Shown here: in pieces, positions 46,301 through 55,340 of the stretch
Numbering within the stretch: the first letter of the stretch is position 1
How the letters are laid out: each line of letters starts with the position of its first letter
DNA from: an uncultured virus (IMG/VR IMGVR_UViG_3300035208_006940)
Taxonomy: Duplodnaviria > Heunggongvirae > Uroviricota > Caudoviricetes
Reading direction: 5' to 3' (one strand)
DNA: 64,000 nucleotides
Virus record (IMG/VR): IMGVR_UViG_3300035208_006940
Translations under genes and position numbers: made by a program
Notes under the pieces: generated by a model
The model's database searches: none
Seen by the model: the letters and a program-made list of their open reading frames with translations, nothing else
Told to the model about the DNA's origin: nothing

Positions 46301-46597
46301 ACCAAGGGGTCGTTAGTGCCCCAGACAATCCAGATGTTGCGCACGTGCATGCGGGACCGCGTTCCGCTGTACCCGTGTCATCTGGACGGTACGCCGGACG
46401 GGACTGGCCCGCATTACCTCGACGTCGACATCAACATCTTCACGCACTGGATGCAGCAAATGATGCCGGACGAGTGTTTGAGCCTCGGTTTTTCGCCCAA
46501 ATACGCGGGGTGGCTGAAGGTCGAACGGGGGTGGCTGCATCCGTCGTTCGACAAGAAAATCTGGCGGAAAGGACAGCTTTACGACATCGCTGTCTGA
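43289..46597 (+). CDS. polA: Family A DNA polymerase with N-terminal uracil-DNA-glycosylase-like and 3'-5' exonuclease domains
   Basis: UDG4-like VIGKMLGEDE..GRNFAGPTG, YVTN, HPA; exo VDLE, YGCYDAD; motifs A ADYIGAEL, B RDVAKTVVFGIAYG, C QIHDS. Confidence 0.95.
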   Translation: MSTQAPSRKPPAAFTAKPANVELKYRKVDPGQPMFPLNAPGMPLPGPLPYEHARALGDTTEIVGKAKSRQLAQVGEMLTNLYHQILYSPTSYVPAKTKAGEIRMMRCVPGHLWGGDVTGPVRATVMVIGKMLGEDERNSGRNFAGPTGRLLLDSCNKLGIHPAQWYVTNLMKTEHPNAANGDTDVRKAMIDEWLPLLHQELRLVCPDYILCLGTDASKALLGKDATVSKMDGRVVEYRIPLRKSQDDEDETHVAQVMTIVHPAWVLREPNDLDKFENGLNRFGQLIGGTRWDQKEDGLDHRVIDNLKDLKKLYFEIQRDCKDGLLGVDLEWHGEHPVNKGAYVRTFQVSWAHKKAACISLRHPGGKLRFQGGILNAHRWIQKICRDKILVGHFFAADMEWAQAAGLKEVLKTFFSVPRTWQAYMRRCLAGKGPAGFDTGYAAHAVCETDSFDLTSLTLKYTAAPRYDLKLEAWKTQYCKDHKMKVGDMEGYGECPNDVLEPYGCYDADVTRRIAVKLLKLLCSDGFGNNCWEPFWINMRAVPAILEINTTGLPVDRKRMELLTETYRSACASMERQIREWAKWSDFNLNSVFDVREYLFGEKYNGKKRVNPTDPPIRLRPAKAKSLRLMPVLTTDKRSMQWAEVIERGLEAEKTPSTGKLALAILMQESMEVVRKKHGQQYIEDCSKQVGWIRDHRFIRQVLKYTLRPPNMKDGLEEFERDEDGELVYDKGLPASICDDGYVRTHISPTKETGRWGSSRPSMQNFTKRREKDYKRILGPDYKYPLRTIITAPPGCVIIEADYIGAELAGMAFMSGDPTMIDHVMRAQLPESDPRYYDIHSHIACLAFQLQCVPTKHGLDKIGKKHLRDVAKTVVFGIAYGRGAKAIALAAREESIFISVAEAQAVIDAVFEMYPGLVPYFAACRERALTARWLCGAYGRFRRFPVTQDRKVAGDFEREAQNFPIQGFVADMVGRAVDHVYHYREKHPDLWYRLALQIHDSLMVVTKGSLVPQTIQMLRTCMRDRVPLYPCHLDGTPDGTGPHYLDVDINIFTHWMQQMMPDECLSLGFSPKYAGWLKVERGWLHPSFDKKIWRKGQLYDIAV

Positions 46598-46605
46598 GCC
46601 CGCCG

Positions 46606-46722
46606 CGTCTCGTGGACATGGGGAGGGGAAGATGCTACAGTGGCGTGCCTAGACTGTCTCCAGAAGACCGGCACAGGGGAGCCGCAGTGCTCAGCGGGCT
46701 GTGCTATGAGACGGACCTTTTT
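46606..46722 (+). promoter_or_regulatory. Structured leader / attenuator-like element
   Basis: CGTCTCGTGG/CTATGAGACG closing stem, internal hairpins, then TTTTT before the RBS. Confidence 0.45.
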
Positions 46723-46741
46723 GAACCTAACGGAGGGTATC

Positions 46742-48757
46742 GTGACAGTGAAAACGAAGAAGAAGCCCCGACCGCAGTTGGGCCACACCGAGGCGCGTGC
46801 CAATGCTCAGCGCCCTGGGTTGAATGCCGACGGTCCTCGCGAGCGGACCTATCGCATGGACAAGCACGGCGGTCGCCGGGGCAACATTCCGCCGGGCGAC
46901 TTGACCATCCGCGCCGACGCGCCGGTGCAGGTGATCTTTCCCGACTTGGACAACGGCCCGACCATCTTCCGGCCGGTGCCGATGTTCAAGGCCGAGAAGG
47001 GCAAGAGCGCGTTCGACAGCACACACATCGCGTACGATGGCGGTGTGATGCTGGGCGATGGTTGTCGGCGGCTACCGGTCGTGCGGTACGTGGGCATCGC
47101 GGAGCAGTTCAGCTTCCTGCTGTACGATCCGCGGAACGAGCATGTCTCTCGCAACAACCACCCGTACTACGTGCTCTTCAAGGCGGTGTGGGACGCGTGC
47201 AAGAAGACGAAGACCGCACCGCGAGAATGGGACAACTACATCGAAGGGAAGAAGAAGCCGCTCAGCGCTCCAACCGACAACTTCTACACCTTCGGCCTCG
47301 TCTACGCTCGCGGCCGTGACTACTACGTGGGCGAGGGTGCCACGCCGAAGGGCCTGGCCGCCGACGATCTGATGCCCTTGCTGGAGTTGCCGTGGTCGGC
47401 CGGATCCGACTTCGTTGCCGCGTTGGAGGAACTCAAGGAGGGCATGCGCCCCGATGCCGAGCGTCCCAACCGCAATTATCTGTACGGGGACGTGTACGGC
47501 CCCAAGCAGGGTGCGTTCGTTTCGATCTACAATCCGAAGATCGATTCGCCGCCGGGCGCTCCGAAGAAGACGCGGGAGAACGACGACCGCGGCGGACCGA
47601 CCAAGTACAAGTGCTGGATCGAGCCCACGCTGCGTGTTGCCGGTCGCACCTATCCCAAGATGAGCCCGGTGCTGGAGGGCGAGCGGCTGGAGCTGATCCG
47701 TCGCAAGCTGCCCTGGTGGGACGACGTGCTGTACTTCCCCGAGTGGACGGAGATCTGCTCCTTGATCGCCCGTGGCTTCAAGGACAACCGAGAGATTCTC
47801 GACTTCGCGTGGCAAGAGCACCCGCACTTCTTCACGAAGGACGTCGAAAGCGTTCTGCGTGGTGCGAAGTCGGCGCCTTCGATCGCGATCCCCCGCGATG
47901 AATCGAGCAATGGCTCCCAGCGTCAGGCCGCGTCGTCCGGTCGTCGCTCGGGTTTGGTTACGGACGACACACCAGAACTAGAAAGCGAGGCGGACGTGGA
48001 AATCACGAAAGGACTGCGTGTATCCTTCTCTCTCAAGGGCAAGCCTGTCGAGGGTGAAGTGATCGAGGTGTTGGAGGCCGACGAGAAGGCCCGTGTGCGG
48101 CTCGACGACGAGCAGGTCTTCAAGGTCCGCTTTGCCCAGCTGACCGTGATCGAGGACGAAGAGCCCGAGGCGGAAGAAGAGGAAGACGCCGAGCCCGAAG
48201 CCGATCCCGAGGAGTACGACGAGTACGAGTCGGAGGAGGAAGCGGGCGAAGACGACGAGGAGGAGGGGGAGGAAGAGGACGAGGAGGAAGAGGAAGAAGA
48301 GGAACCCGCCCCCAAGTCCAAGGCCAAGAAGGGCAAGAAGGCTCCGAAGGTCGAAGAGGAGGAGGACGAGGAGGAGGACGAGGAGGAGGACGCCGAGGAA
48401 GAGGGGGAGGAAGAGGACGAGGAGGAAGAGGACGAGGAGGAAGACGCCGAAGAGGGGGAGGAAGAGGACGAGGAGGAAGACGCCGAAGAGGGGGAGGACG
48501 AAGAGGAAGAGGCGGAAGAGGAGGAAGAGCCCTCCCGGCTCGACGAGAAGCGGCTGGAGGATGCGTACAAGGCCGCCAGCCGTCGTTCCAGCCGTCGCGG
48601 CGGTCAGGAGGCCCCGGCGGCCGAGAAGCCCAAGGGCAAGCACCCAAAGGCCCCGGCAGCCAAGCCGGTCAAGACGGCCAAGAAGGCACCTCCGGCGGCA
48701 CCCGCCGCCAAGCCGGTGAAGAAGGCCCCCCCGAAAGGTAAGAAGGGGAAGAAGTAA
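46742..48757 (+). CDS. Putative gp32-like ssDNA-binding protein with SH3/KOW-like domain, long acidic tract and K/A/P-rich tail
   Basis: Position between polA and recA; TIFRPVP motif; GLRVSF..GEVIEV..ARVRLDD; D/E tract; GGAGG RBS. Confidence 0.55.
   Translation: MTVKTKKKPRPQLGHTEARANAQRPGLNADGPRERTYRMDKHGGRRGNIPPGDLTIRADAPVQVIFPDLDNGPTIFRPVPMFKAEKGKSAFDSTHIAYDGGVMLGDGCRRLPVVRYVGIAEQFSFLLYDPRNEHVSRNNHPYYVLFKAVWDACKKTKTAPREWDNYIEGKKKPLSAPTDNFYTFGLVYARGRDYYVGEGATPKGLAADDLMPLLELPWSAGSDFVAALEELKEGMRPDAERPNRNYLYGDVYGPKQGAFVSIYNPKIDSPPGAPKKTRENDDRGGPTKYKCWIEPTLRVAGRTYPKMSPVLEGERLELIRRKLPWWDDVLYFPEWTEICSLIARGFKDNREILDFAWQEHPHFFTKDVESVLRGAKSAPSIAIPRDESSNGSQRQAASSGRRSGLVTDDTPELESEADVEITKGLRVSFSLKGKPVEGEVIEVLEADEKARVRLDDEQVFKVRFAQLTVIEDEEPEAEEEEDAEPEADPEEYDEYESEEEAGEDDEEEGEEEDEEEEEEEEPAPKSKAKKGKKAPKVEEEEDEEEDEEEDAEEEGEEEDEEEEDEEEDAEEGEEEDEEEDAEEGEDEEEEAEEEEEPSRLDEKRLEDAYKAASRRSSRRGGQEAPAAEKPKGKHPKAPAAKPVKTAKKAPPAAPAAKPVKKAPPKGKKGKK
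48150..48530 (+). repeat. Purine-rich low-complexity coding repeat (poly-Glu/Asp)
   Basis: GAG/GAA/GAC arrays with repeated gacgccgaagagggggagga units. Confidence 0.9.
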
Positions 48758-48786
48758 GTTGAAGACGTGACGTTGGGTCACGCTTT

Positions 48787-48827
48787 GGGGTGGGCCTGCT
48801 CTCCGTGGGCAGGCCCACCCCGTCTTT
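48787..48827 (+). terminator. Rho-independent terminator
   Basis: GGGGTGGGCCTGC/GCAGGCCCACCCC 13-bp stem followed by GTCTTT. Confidence 0.75.
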
Positions 48828-48841
48828 GTCGAGGAGATCGC

Positions 48842-50209
48842 ATGGCGGTAAAGAAAAAGGCGGAGCGACGGAAAACGAAAACGGAACTGCTTGCCGAGAA
48901 GTACGCACCGGGCAAGGCACTGAAATCGCACTCTGCGGCCGTCGTGCGGGCTACGATGTCGCAGTTCCGGGAACATGGCGGCCTGGCGATGACCGCAGGC
49001 GAGGCAGGGCAGTCCGTGGTCGGCATTCCCTGTCCCTCGTTCGCGTTCGAGTACCTGGTGCAGAATACCGCGATGCCGCTGGACCGCTTCTACCAGATCG
49101 TGGGCCAGCCTGCGACCTACAAGAGCGCGTTGGGCTTCGAGTTCGCGAGATGGTTTCGCAAGATGAACGGCGCGGCGGTGTTGCTGGAACACGAGTCGAA
49201 GTACAGCCCGGACTGGTCGCTGAGCTTCATGGGCTGGGACGACCCCGACGCGTTGGGCTACGTCCCGTGCGGGTCGATCAACGACTGGCAACGGTGTTTG
49301 CAGGACGCATTCGCCCTGGCGAAGACGATCATGGTCGGCACCAAGAAGGAGCCGGGCCCTGGTCGCACGTGGCCCTACCTGGCGATCATCGACTCGATCA
49401 TGGGGAAGTCCACTGAAGAGACGCAGAAGAAGATCGAGGAGAAAGGCTTCGCCGGACGAGCATTTTCCGACGAGGCGCGAATGATCACGGCCTTCTTGCG
49501 TGGCAAGGGGACCGAGATCATGCGAGGGTGGCCGTTCGTGACGGTGGCCATCAACCACCTCAAGCTGCCGCGCGACGAGCGTACTGGACTGACCAACCGC
49601 AGCAAGGTCGGCGGCAAGCACATCGACTTCCAAGAAACTTGGGAGCTGGAGACGTCGTGGCAGGGCGACAAGAAGATCCGCAAGAAGGGCTACGACGGCA
49701 CGCGGTTGTTCATCGCCTGCAAGAAGAACTCCCTGGGGATCACCGATCAAAAGATTCCCGTGGATGTGTTGTGGCACGAGGAGATGGTCTACGACGGGTC
49801 GATTGGCGAAGAGGCCTGGCGGCAGGTGTCGAAGTGGGACTGGTTCAGTTCCTCGATCCAGCTGCTGCTGAAGCTGCCGATCCTCAACGAGGCGAAAGCA
49901 GTCGACGCCAAGAAGATCTGCAACGTGCAGACGTCGAAGGGACTGATCTTCTGCCGCGAGCTGGGAATTTCCAAGAAGAGCCCGCTGTCCACAGAGGAGG
50001 CGGGGATGGTGCTGCAGGAAACCCCGGCGGTGCTCAATGAGCTGCGACGGTTGTTCGGCATCAAGGTGCGTCGCATATTCGATTGCACCATGGACTATCG
50101 TAAGCAGCTGGTCATCGAGAAGCGGAACATCAAGAAGAAAATCCGGGCCCACGAAAGGCAGCAGGAGGTTCAGAGTGATGACTACGAGGAACCCGAACTC
50201 GAAACGTAA
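48842..50209 (+). CDS. recA: RecA/UvsX-like recombinase
   Basis: GQPATYKS, IIDSI, VAINH, GGKHIDF, KKNSLG; GAGGAG RBS. Confidence 0.85.
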   Translation: MAVKKKAERRKTKTELLAEKYAPGKALKSHSAAVVRATMSQFREHGGLAMTAGEAGQSVVGIPCPSFAFEYLVQNTAMPLDRFYQIVGQPATYKSALGFEFARWFRKMNGAAVLLEHESKYSPDWSLSFMGWDDPDALGYVPCGSINDWQRCLQDAFALAKTIMVGTKKEPGPGRTWPYLAIIDSIMGKSTEETQKKIEEKGFAGRAFSDEARMITAFLRGKGTEIMRGWPFVTVAINHLKLPRDERTGLTNRSKVGGKHIDFQETWELETSWQGDKKIRKKGYDGTRLFIACKKNSLGITDQKIPVDVLWHEEMVYDGSIGEEAWRQVSKWDWFSSSIQLLLKLPILNEAKAVDAKKICNVQTSKGLIFCRELGISKKSPLSTEEAGMVLQETPAVLNELRRLFGIKVRRIFDCTMDYRKQLVIEKRNIKKKIRAHERQQEVQSDDYEEPELET

Positions 50210-50750
50210 TCCGATGGACGGGTTGCTCGGCAAGGTGAGCGATGGGAAGAGTTTCGCACGTCGCGACCATGAGCGGTTTGAGGCCGGGGTAGTGGAGCAC
50301 CTGTGCAAGCATTTTCGTCTTCCGAGCAAGGCCAAGTCGGCGATGCGGTCGCAGTTCGGTGCACGCACCGGTGAATACCGCCTTACGCTGGACGCTTTCT
50401 ACGAGCAGTTTCCCGCCTGCCCGGTGTACTTCGTGGCCCGCGTGTTTCGCAAGGTGGCGATGAAGAGCACTGTGTCGAGACTCCTCTCCCGATTTTTGGA
50501 ACAGGCCTTCACCAAGGCGTTTGCAGGCCTGGACGACGATGTCCCGGTTGACATCCAAGACAGTCACGCGATCGCCTTGGTGTTCCCCTGGCCGTATCTG
50601 CCGGACGGCATGGTGTTGCACAACCGGACGCGGGAAAACGACACAGCGGGCGGGCGGTTTACGTGGGTCTCTGCCACCGGGGCTTACCTGACGATGGAAC
50701 CGATGTCGGTGTTTCTCAAAACAATCGATCCCGGGTGGGCCAATGTCTGA
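50178..50750 (+). CDS. Hypothetical protein
   Basis: AGGAGG RBS; start uncertain (50178 or 50214). Confidence 0.6.
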   Translation: MTTRNPNSKRNPMDGLLGKVSDGKSFARRDHERFEAGVVEHLCKHFRLPSKAKSAMRSQFGARTGEYRLTLDAFYEQFPACPVYFVARVFRKVAMKSTVSRLLSRFLEQAFTKAFAGLDDDVPVDIQDSHAIALVFPWPYLPDGMVLHNRTRENDTAGGRFTWVSATGAYLTMEPMSVFLKTIDPGWANV

Positions 50751-50774
50751 GCACAAAAGACAGAGGAGACAAAT

Positions 50775-51198
50775 GTGAGCCAGAAGACCAAATGGTTCGA
50801 CGCTAAGGATAAGCGGGCCGTCTCTTCGCCACTGCCATTGCCCAGTCCGATTCTCAACACGGCCCAGTTGGCCCAGCCGGATATTGACGAGTTCATTGCG
50901 GTAATCAAGACTCGTGCGTCTGGACCTTGCTATGCCCTGTTTATCTCGCTCGCTACCCAGCCTGCNNNNNNNNNNCCGGGTGCGGCTGGGGCGTAACCTC
51001 AAGGTACTCATCGAGCGGATGGTGGAACGGCCCATCGACTCGATCATGTGCGACGGGTTACGAGCGGACGAGCAACAGGCACTGATCGAGATTGAGAAAC
51101 TTGGGCTGACGATGCCCATGCGGGTGACGGCCCAAGCGTTGCTCAACATCAATGAGCGATACCAGTTGGCTTTGGCACTAGGGCAGGCTTTTCAGTGA
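50775..51198 (+). CDS. Hypothetical protein interrupted by an assembly gap (N10 at 50966-50975)
   Basis: Two ORF halves in different frames flank the gap; GAGGAG RBS. Confidence 0.5.
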
Positions 51199-52352
51199 GT
51201 CCGACCATGATCACTCCCCGCAAGTTGGCGGTTCCTTCTCGCGTTCGCCGTTTCCGGTGTTCCGAGGAGAAGCTGTTTCGCGAGCACTTGGCGTCGCAGG
51301 AGGCGTCGTTTCTGTTTGAGGTCAAGAAGGCCTCCGATGTTTTGCTGGACGACCGAGGGCGTGTCCAGGGCGAGTACCAGTTCACCACTACGGCCCTCAG
51401 CCAGCTGTGCTCGCGACTGGCTCCGGGGCTGGGCCAGGCGCTCTCCGACGTGGCCGGGTTGCAGGGCGAAACCGACACGGCAAATTCGTTCCGGCTGGCA
51501 GTGAGCATCATCAACGCGATTATCAAGTTGCGATTTGCCACGAGGGTCTGCGGCCTGCGGTTGCTGTTCGACCGCCGGTCGCACCGGGTGGAGGGGGTTG
51601 TCGGTCCCCGCTACAATCTGTTGCCCAACGGAGAGCTGCTGGAGCGTTGCCAGCAGTTCGTCAACGAGCTGAGCGGCGGCACGTGCGTGTTTCACGAGGC
51701 GGTACTGGAAGGGCGACAGATGCTGCTCCGCTATCGCAACGTCGCCCGGGCCTTCACATTGCCGGTGGAGTCCGGCGGCAACACGATGAAGGACTCGTTC
51801 ACCTGGGGCTGGCACTTCACCAACTCCGAGGTCGGGGACAAGAGCGTGCAGGGTGCGGCGCTGCTGATTCGTGACTTTGACAGCAGCGCGTCACTAGCCC
51901 CCAGCACCGACGTGAACCGTGTGATCCATGTTCGCAGTGATCACTTCCGAGAAAAGGTCACGGAGGCCCTAGAGCAGTTGCGACGACGGACAATGGCGTC
52001 GAACGAGATGCGGACATCGTTGGTCAAGTTATGCCAACAGTCCCTTGACGCAGGGCTGACCACGGTGGCAGGCTATACCGCGCGGCGGAAGTCGCTGGTC
52101 AGCAAGCTGGTACGGGCGAAGGTTCCAGCGAAGTTGGCGGAGCAAGTTGTGGATCGTGCTTTGGTTGCGGGAAGCTTTTCACGTGTGTCGGTTGAGGTGA
52201 CCCCGCAGCTTCTCGACCGAATCCGTGGGCGGAGTGCCTACGACGTGTACACCAGCCTGACGCACATCGCGCGTAGGCAAGAGATCAACCGGCGAGAACT
52301 GACGGAACAGCTCGCCTATCGCATGTTGACCGGACGATTTACTCTAACGTAG
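51195..52352 (+). CDS. DUF932-family protein
   Basis: FTTTALSQLC, GVVGPRYNLLPNGELL, FTNSEVGDKSV. Confidence 0.75.
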   Translation: MSPTMITPRKLAVPSRVRRFRCSEEKLFREHLASQEASFLFEVKKASDVLLDDRGRVQGEYQFTTTALSQLCSRLAPGLGQALSDVAGLQGETDTANSFRLAVSIINAIIKLRFATRVCGLRLLFDRRSHRVEGVVGPRYNLLPNGELLERCQQFVNELSGGTCVFHEAVLEGRQMLLRYRNVARAFTLPVESGGNTMKDSFTWGWHFTNSEVGDKSVQGAALLIRDFDSSASLAPSTDVNRVIHVRSDHFREKVTEALEQLRRRTMASNEMRTSLVKLCQQSLDAGLTTVAGYTARRKSLVSKLVRAKVPAKLAEQVVDRALVAGSFSRVSVEVTPQLLDRIRGRSAYDVYTSLTHIARRQEINRRELTEQLAYRMLTGRFTLT

Positions 52353-52364
52353 TGGGAGACGCTC

Positions 52365-53543
52365 ATGGCGAAGGTGAAGAAAGCGAAGAAGAAGGCGAAG
52401 CCGGAAAGTTCGACGAGTACGGCGGTGGCAACGGTTCCGCTGGATGTGCGGATGGAACAGAAGCGGGTCGCGGAGATGACCCCGGCGCTGCGCAAGGAAT
52501 ACGTGCCGATTCGCGAGGCGCGGGCGGCGATGCTGCGGGGCGACATCGAGACCTGGTATCGCATCGGCGAGCGGGTCAAGAACATCATGGAGCAGCCCAA
52601 CAAGTACGGCACCGAGGGCGTGGCCCAGATTGCCGAGGCCCTGGGCGACCTGACGGCCAGCCCGCTGTACGAGGCTGCACGGATCGTGAAGACCTACGAC
52701 TGGCCGCATCTGGAGCGCTTGCTCGGCCGGGCGTCGAAGGTTGGGCTGCGCATCGGGATCAGTCACATTCGCGCGTTGACGTACGTCAAGGAGCCACACG
52801 CAGAAGAGCGGCGGACGAAGCTGGAGGAAGGGCTGCTCAAGGGCACGGTGACCTTCAAGAAGATCATGGAGGAGGTCCAGCGCGGCCGGACGGCACCCAC
52901 CGGCACAGGCACGAAGGCGGCCAAGGCGGCCAAGACGCCCAACGGCGCGTGCCAGCAGATCCGCAAGTTCGCGGAGGTGTTCGAGAAGCAAGCGGACACA
53001 TGGGACACCTCACTGTTCGACTGGGTGGCCGAGGCACCGCCGGAACGCTGCACGGAAGCGCTGTTGGCCTCGGTCAAGGAGACAGGCGAGACGCTGCTCA
53101 ACCTCCATGCGAGCATCGATCCGCTCCTGGACAAGTTCAACAAGGCCGTGGCACGGCTGGAGCAGGTGATCGAGCGTCGCGAAGAGCTGGAGCAGGCGGC
53201 GGACGGCAAGAGACCTCGTCGCGGGACGCGGAACACGCATCCCACGGTGACTCACCGCGAGAAACCGGAGCAGGAGGTGGACGAGGAGCCCGAGTTGGAG
53301 AGCGAAGAGCCCGAGGCGGAGGCCCCGGTCAAGAAAAAGAAGAAGCATGTGACGTCGCACAAGCCGCGCGACGAAGAGCCCGAGGCCGAGGCGCCCGCAC
53401 GGAAGCCTGCGGCGACGCACAAGGGACACAAGCGTCCCAAGTCGGTGTCGCCCAAGCATGCGCCGCCGCCATCCGCGAAGGGCGGAAAGCCGGACTCGGT
53501 GAAGGAGCGGATTGCCCGGGCCAAGGCGGCCGCCGGGCGGTAG
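52365..53543 (+). CDS. DUF1016/YhcG N-terminal-like helical DNA-binding protein
   Basis: WYRIGERV...KYGTEGVAQIAEAL...LYEAARIV...GISHIRAL. Confidence 0.6.
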   Translation: MAKVKKAKKKAKPESSTSTAVATVPLDVRMEQKRVAEMTPALRKEYVPIREARAAMLRGDIETWYRIGERVKNIMEQPNKYGTEGVAQIAEALGDLTASPLYEAARIVKTYDWPHLERLLGRASKVGLRIGISHIRALTYVKEPHAEERRTKLEEGLLKGTVTFKKIMEEVQRGRTAPTGTGTKAAKAAKTPNGACQQIRKFAEVFEKQADTWDTSLFDWVAEAPPERCTEALLASVKETGETLLNLHASIDPLLDKFNKAVARLEQVIERREELEQAADGKRPRRGTRNTHPTVTHREKPEQEVDEEPELESEEPEAEAPVKKKKKHVTSHKPRDEEPEAEAPARKPAATHKGHKRPKSVSPKHAPPPSAKGGKPDSVKERIARAKAAAGR

Positions 53544-53573
53544 TATTCGACTATTCACGGAAGGACGACAAGG

Positions 53574-54593
53574 ATGTCGTGGGAAAGGATCTCCCTCTGT
53601 ACGCTGTTGTATGGCGACTACCCGGAGCTGGCCCAGCGGGTGCTGACCGGCATCGGGATCAATCTTCCCTGGGGACACGCATGGGTCCAGGACGTACGCA
53701 TCGGACTGAACGAGGTTGGCGACGCGACTGCCAGATATGTCGATCAGTGGGCACAGCGACAGCCAGTGCCTGTGACGACGTATGATGCGGGCCGGAACGT
53801 GTACAAGTATCCGCTCATGCGGCGGATGTTTCGCGACAAGGTTCCGGGCTTCCCGGCTCTGGCAACTTGGGCCAACTGGTTCGACGATGATAGCTACCTG
53901 GACCCATGCTTTCCCTGGGACGAGCTGATGATGGAAGCCGAAGTGGCGGACATGATCGGCAAGCCCTACGTGTGGTTTGTGCGCGGCCGCCAGTGGGACT
54001 GGGTACAGGCCCAACCGTGGCACGATCCTCGTGTGGGGCCTCCCAAGGCGTATCGTGGGAAGCCGGTATTTCACTTTTTTCAAGGCGGATGGTGGCTGCT
54101 TCGCCAATCGGTGATCTGTCGCTATAATTGGCCCTTCGAGGAACTTGTGCATCGCGGCGGGGACTCCACACTGGGTGAGCTGATGCGGCAACAGGGGCTA
54201 CGAACGGTCCTGGGTGCTCATCGTCGCCACTTGGGTTTCCTGAGCCGCGTGCACACCAATGCGGATGCGGCTGGGAGGGATTCCAAGTCGCCACGTCGTG
54301 GCTACTCGGGGGACTGCCTGGGCGAAGCGTACGATCCGCATCGGTCGATTGACTTGAGTCATCACCACTTTGATCTGACGGCCCGGGTGTATGCCACGGA
54401 CGCGAACACTGGGCAGCGGACAGTGAAGGAACACTTTTTACCAGGGCCCCACCATGAAGATTCTCGTGAACACGTTCAACCTGCTCGCACAGCTGCAGGC
54501 CTGCCAGCCGGACAAGATTCAGGCGATGGTCCACATCCGTCGCCCGAACAAGCGGACCGAGGCTGGGATGGCGGCCGCCCGACCGCAGGATGA
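53574..54593 (+). CDS. GT-A glycosyltransferase, paralog of 1670..2707
   Basis: KYPLMRRMF, WFDDDSY, FFQGGWW, HRGGDSTLGE, SPRRGY. Confidence 0.75.
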   Translation: MSWERISLCTLLYGDYPELAQRVLTGIGINLPWGHAWVQDVRIGLNEVGDATARYVDQWAQRQPVPVTTYDAGRNVYKYPLMRRMFRDKVPGFPALATWANWFDDDSYLDPCFPWDELMMEAEVADMIGKPYVWFVRGRQWDWVQAQPWHDPRVGPPKAYRGKPVFHFFQGGWWLLRQSVICRYNWPFEELVHRGGDSTLGELMRQQGLRTVLGAHRRHLGFLSRVHTNADAAGRDSKSPRRGYSGDCLGEAYDPHRSIDLSHHHFDLTARVYATDANTGQRTVKEHFLPGPHHEDSREHVQPARTAAGLPAGQDSGDGPHPSPEQADRGWDGGRPTAG

Positions 54594-54882
54594 GCCCTGG
54601 CTGACACTTCACGGACCGTTGCCCAACGACGCCACGCCGCCGCGGTGGGTGACCAGCAAAAGCGGAGAGTTCGTGTGCGTGCCGCTGTTCCCCTATAAGC
54701 TCAAGTCGAGCACAGGTGAGACGCTGGTGCAGTTCGGGGCACAGGCGGGCGCATCGCTTGCGCAGTTAGTACCCAAGGAGCGGAAGATCCGCAAGCTGTT
54801 CATTGCGGTAGGCAATGTTTTTCAACGGCAGGACCAGCCGGGCTACGAGGTGTGGCTTGGCGTGGCCGCCGAAATCGAGTGA
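54454..54882 (+). CDS. Hypothetical protein
   Basis: ORF, codon usage. Confidence 0.6.
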   Translation: MKILVNTFNLLAQLQACQPDKIQAMVHIRRPNKRTEAGMAAARPQDEPWLTLHGPLPNDATPPRWVTSKSGEFVCVPLFPYKLKSSTGETLVQFGAQAGASLAQLVPKERKIRKLFIAVGNVFQRQDQPGYEVWLGVAAEIE

Positions 54883-54893
54883 AAGGACACACC

Positions 54894-55340
54894 ATGTCGA
54901 CGGCAGCGGCGATGACGGAAGCGATGGCGGGGATTCCTGGCGGGATTGCCTACGAACAAGCGGCGGCAGGCCTGCGGCAGATGTTCGGCCGTTGGCATGT
55001 GGCGGAGGGCGGGTTCCAGCAGATCTCGGGGCTGATGGAGGGCAAACAGGAGGGCCCGATCATCTCTTGGCCGTCAGGGCATCTTGACGAGGATGGCAAA
55101 CTGCTCATGACCGAGCTGGACGTGGAAGCCCTCCTGAAGAGTTTGGCGACAGAGGACCAGCGAAACGGATTTCTCGGGCCCCTGAGTAACTTTGTAGCAG
55201 GGGAGACGGAAAAATGGCTGGCAGGTCTCTTGAAGTACGCGATGATCGCGGCAATGCACACGAACCCCGAACTGCTGCCGCGGCTCCTGCAGGAGCTGAA
55301 GTTGACGCTGGGGTCATCCCGGGGGCAGGCCCCGAGCTGA
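54894..55340 (+). CDS. Hypothetical protein
   Basis: AAAGGA RBS; MSTAAAM. Confidence 0.65.
   Translation: MSTAAAMTEAMAGIPGGIAYEQAAAGLRQMFGRWHVAEGGFQQISGLMEGKQEGPIISWPSGHLDEDGKLLMTELDVEALLKSLATEDQRNGFLGPLSNFVAGETEKWLAGLLKYAMIAAMHTNPELLPRLLQELKLTLGSSRGQAPS

Noticed and set aside
48150..48530. Tandem repeats as a possible array
   Set aside because: In-frame GAG/GAA/GAC codons encoding an acidic tract
47978..50368. 796-aa minus-strand ORF (likewise 33727..35865, 44018..45523, 27505..28809, 17278..18681)
   Set aside because: Shadow ORFs, mostly antisense to well-supported high-GC genes; no recognisable motifs
50966..50975. Frameshift between 50775..50996 and 50914..51198
   Set aside because: Coincides with a 10-N scaffold gap, so it is an assembly artefact
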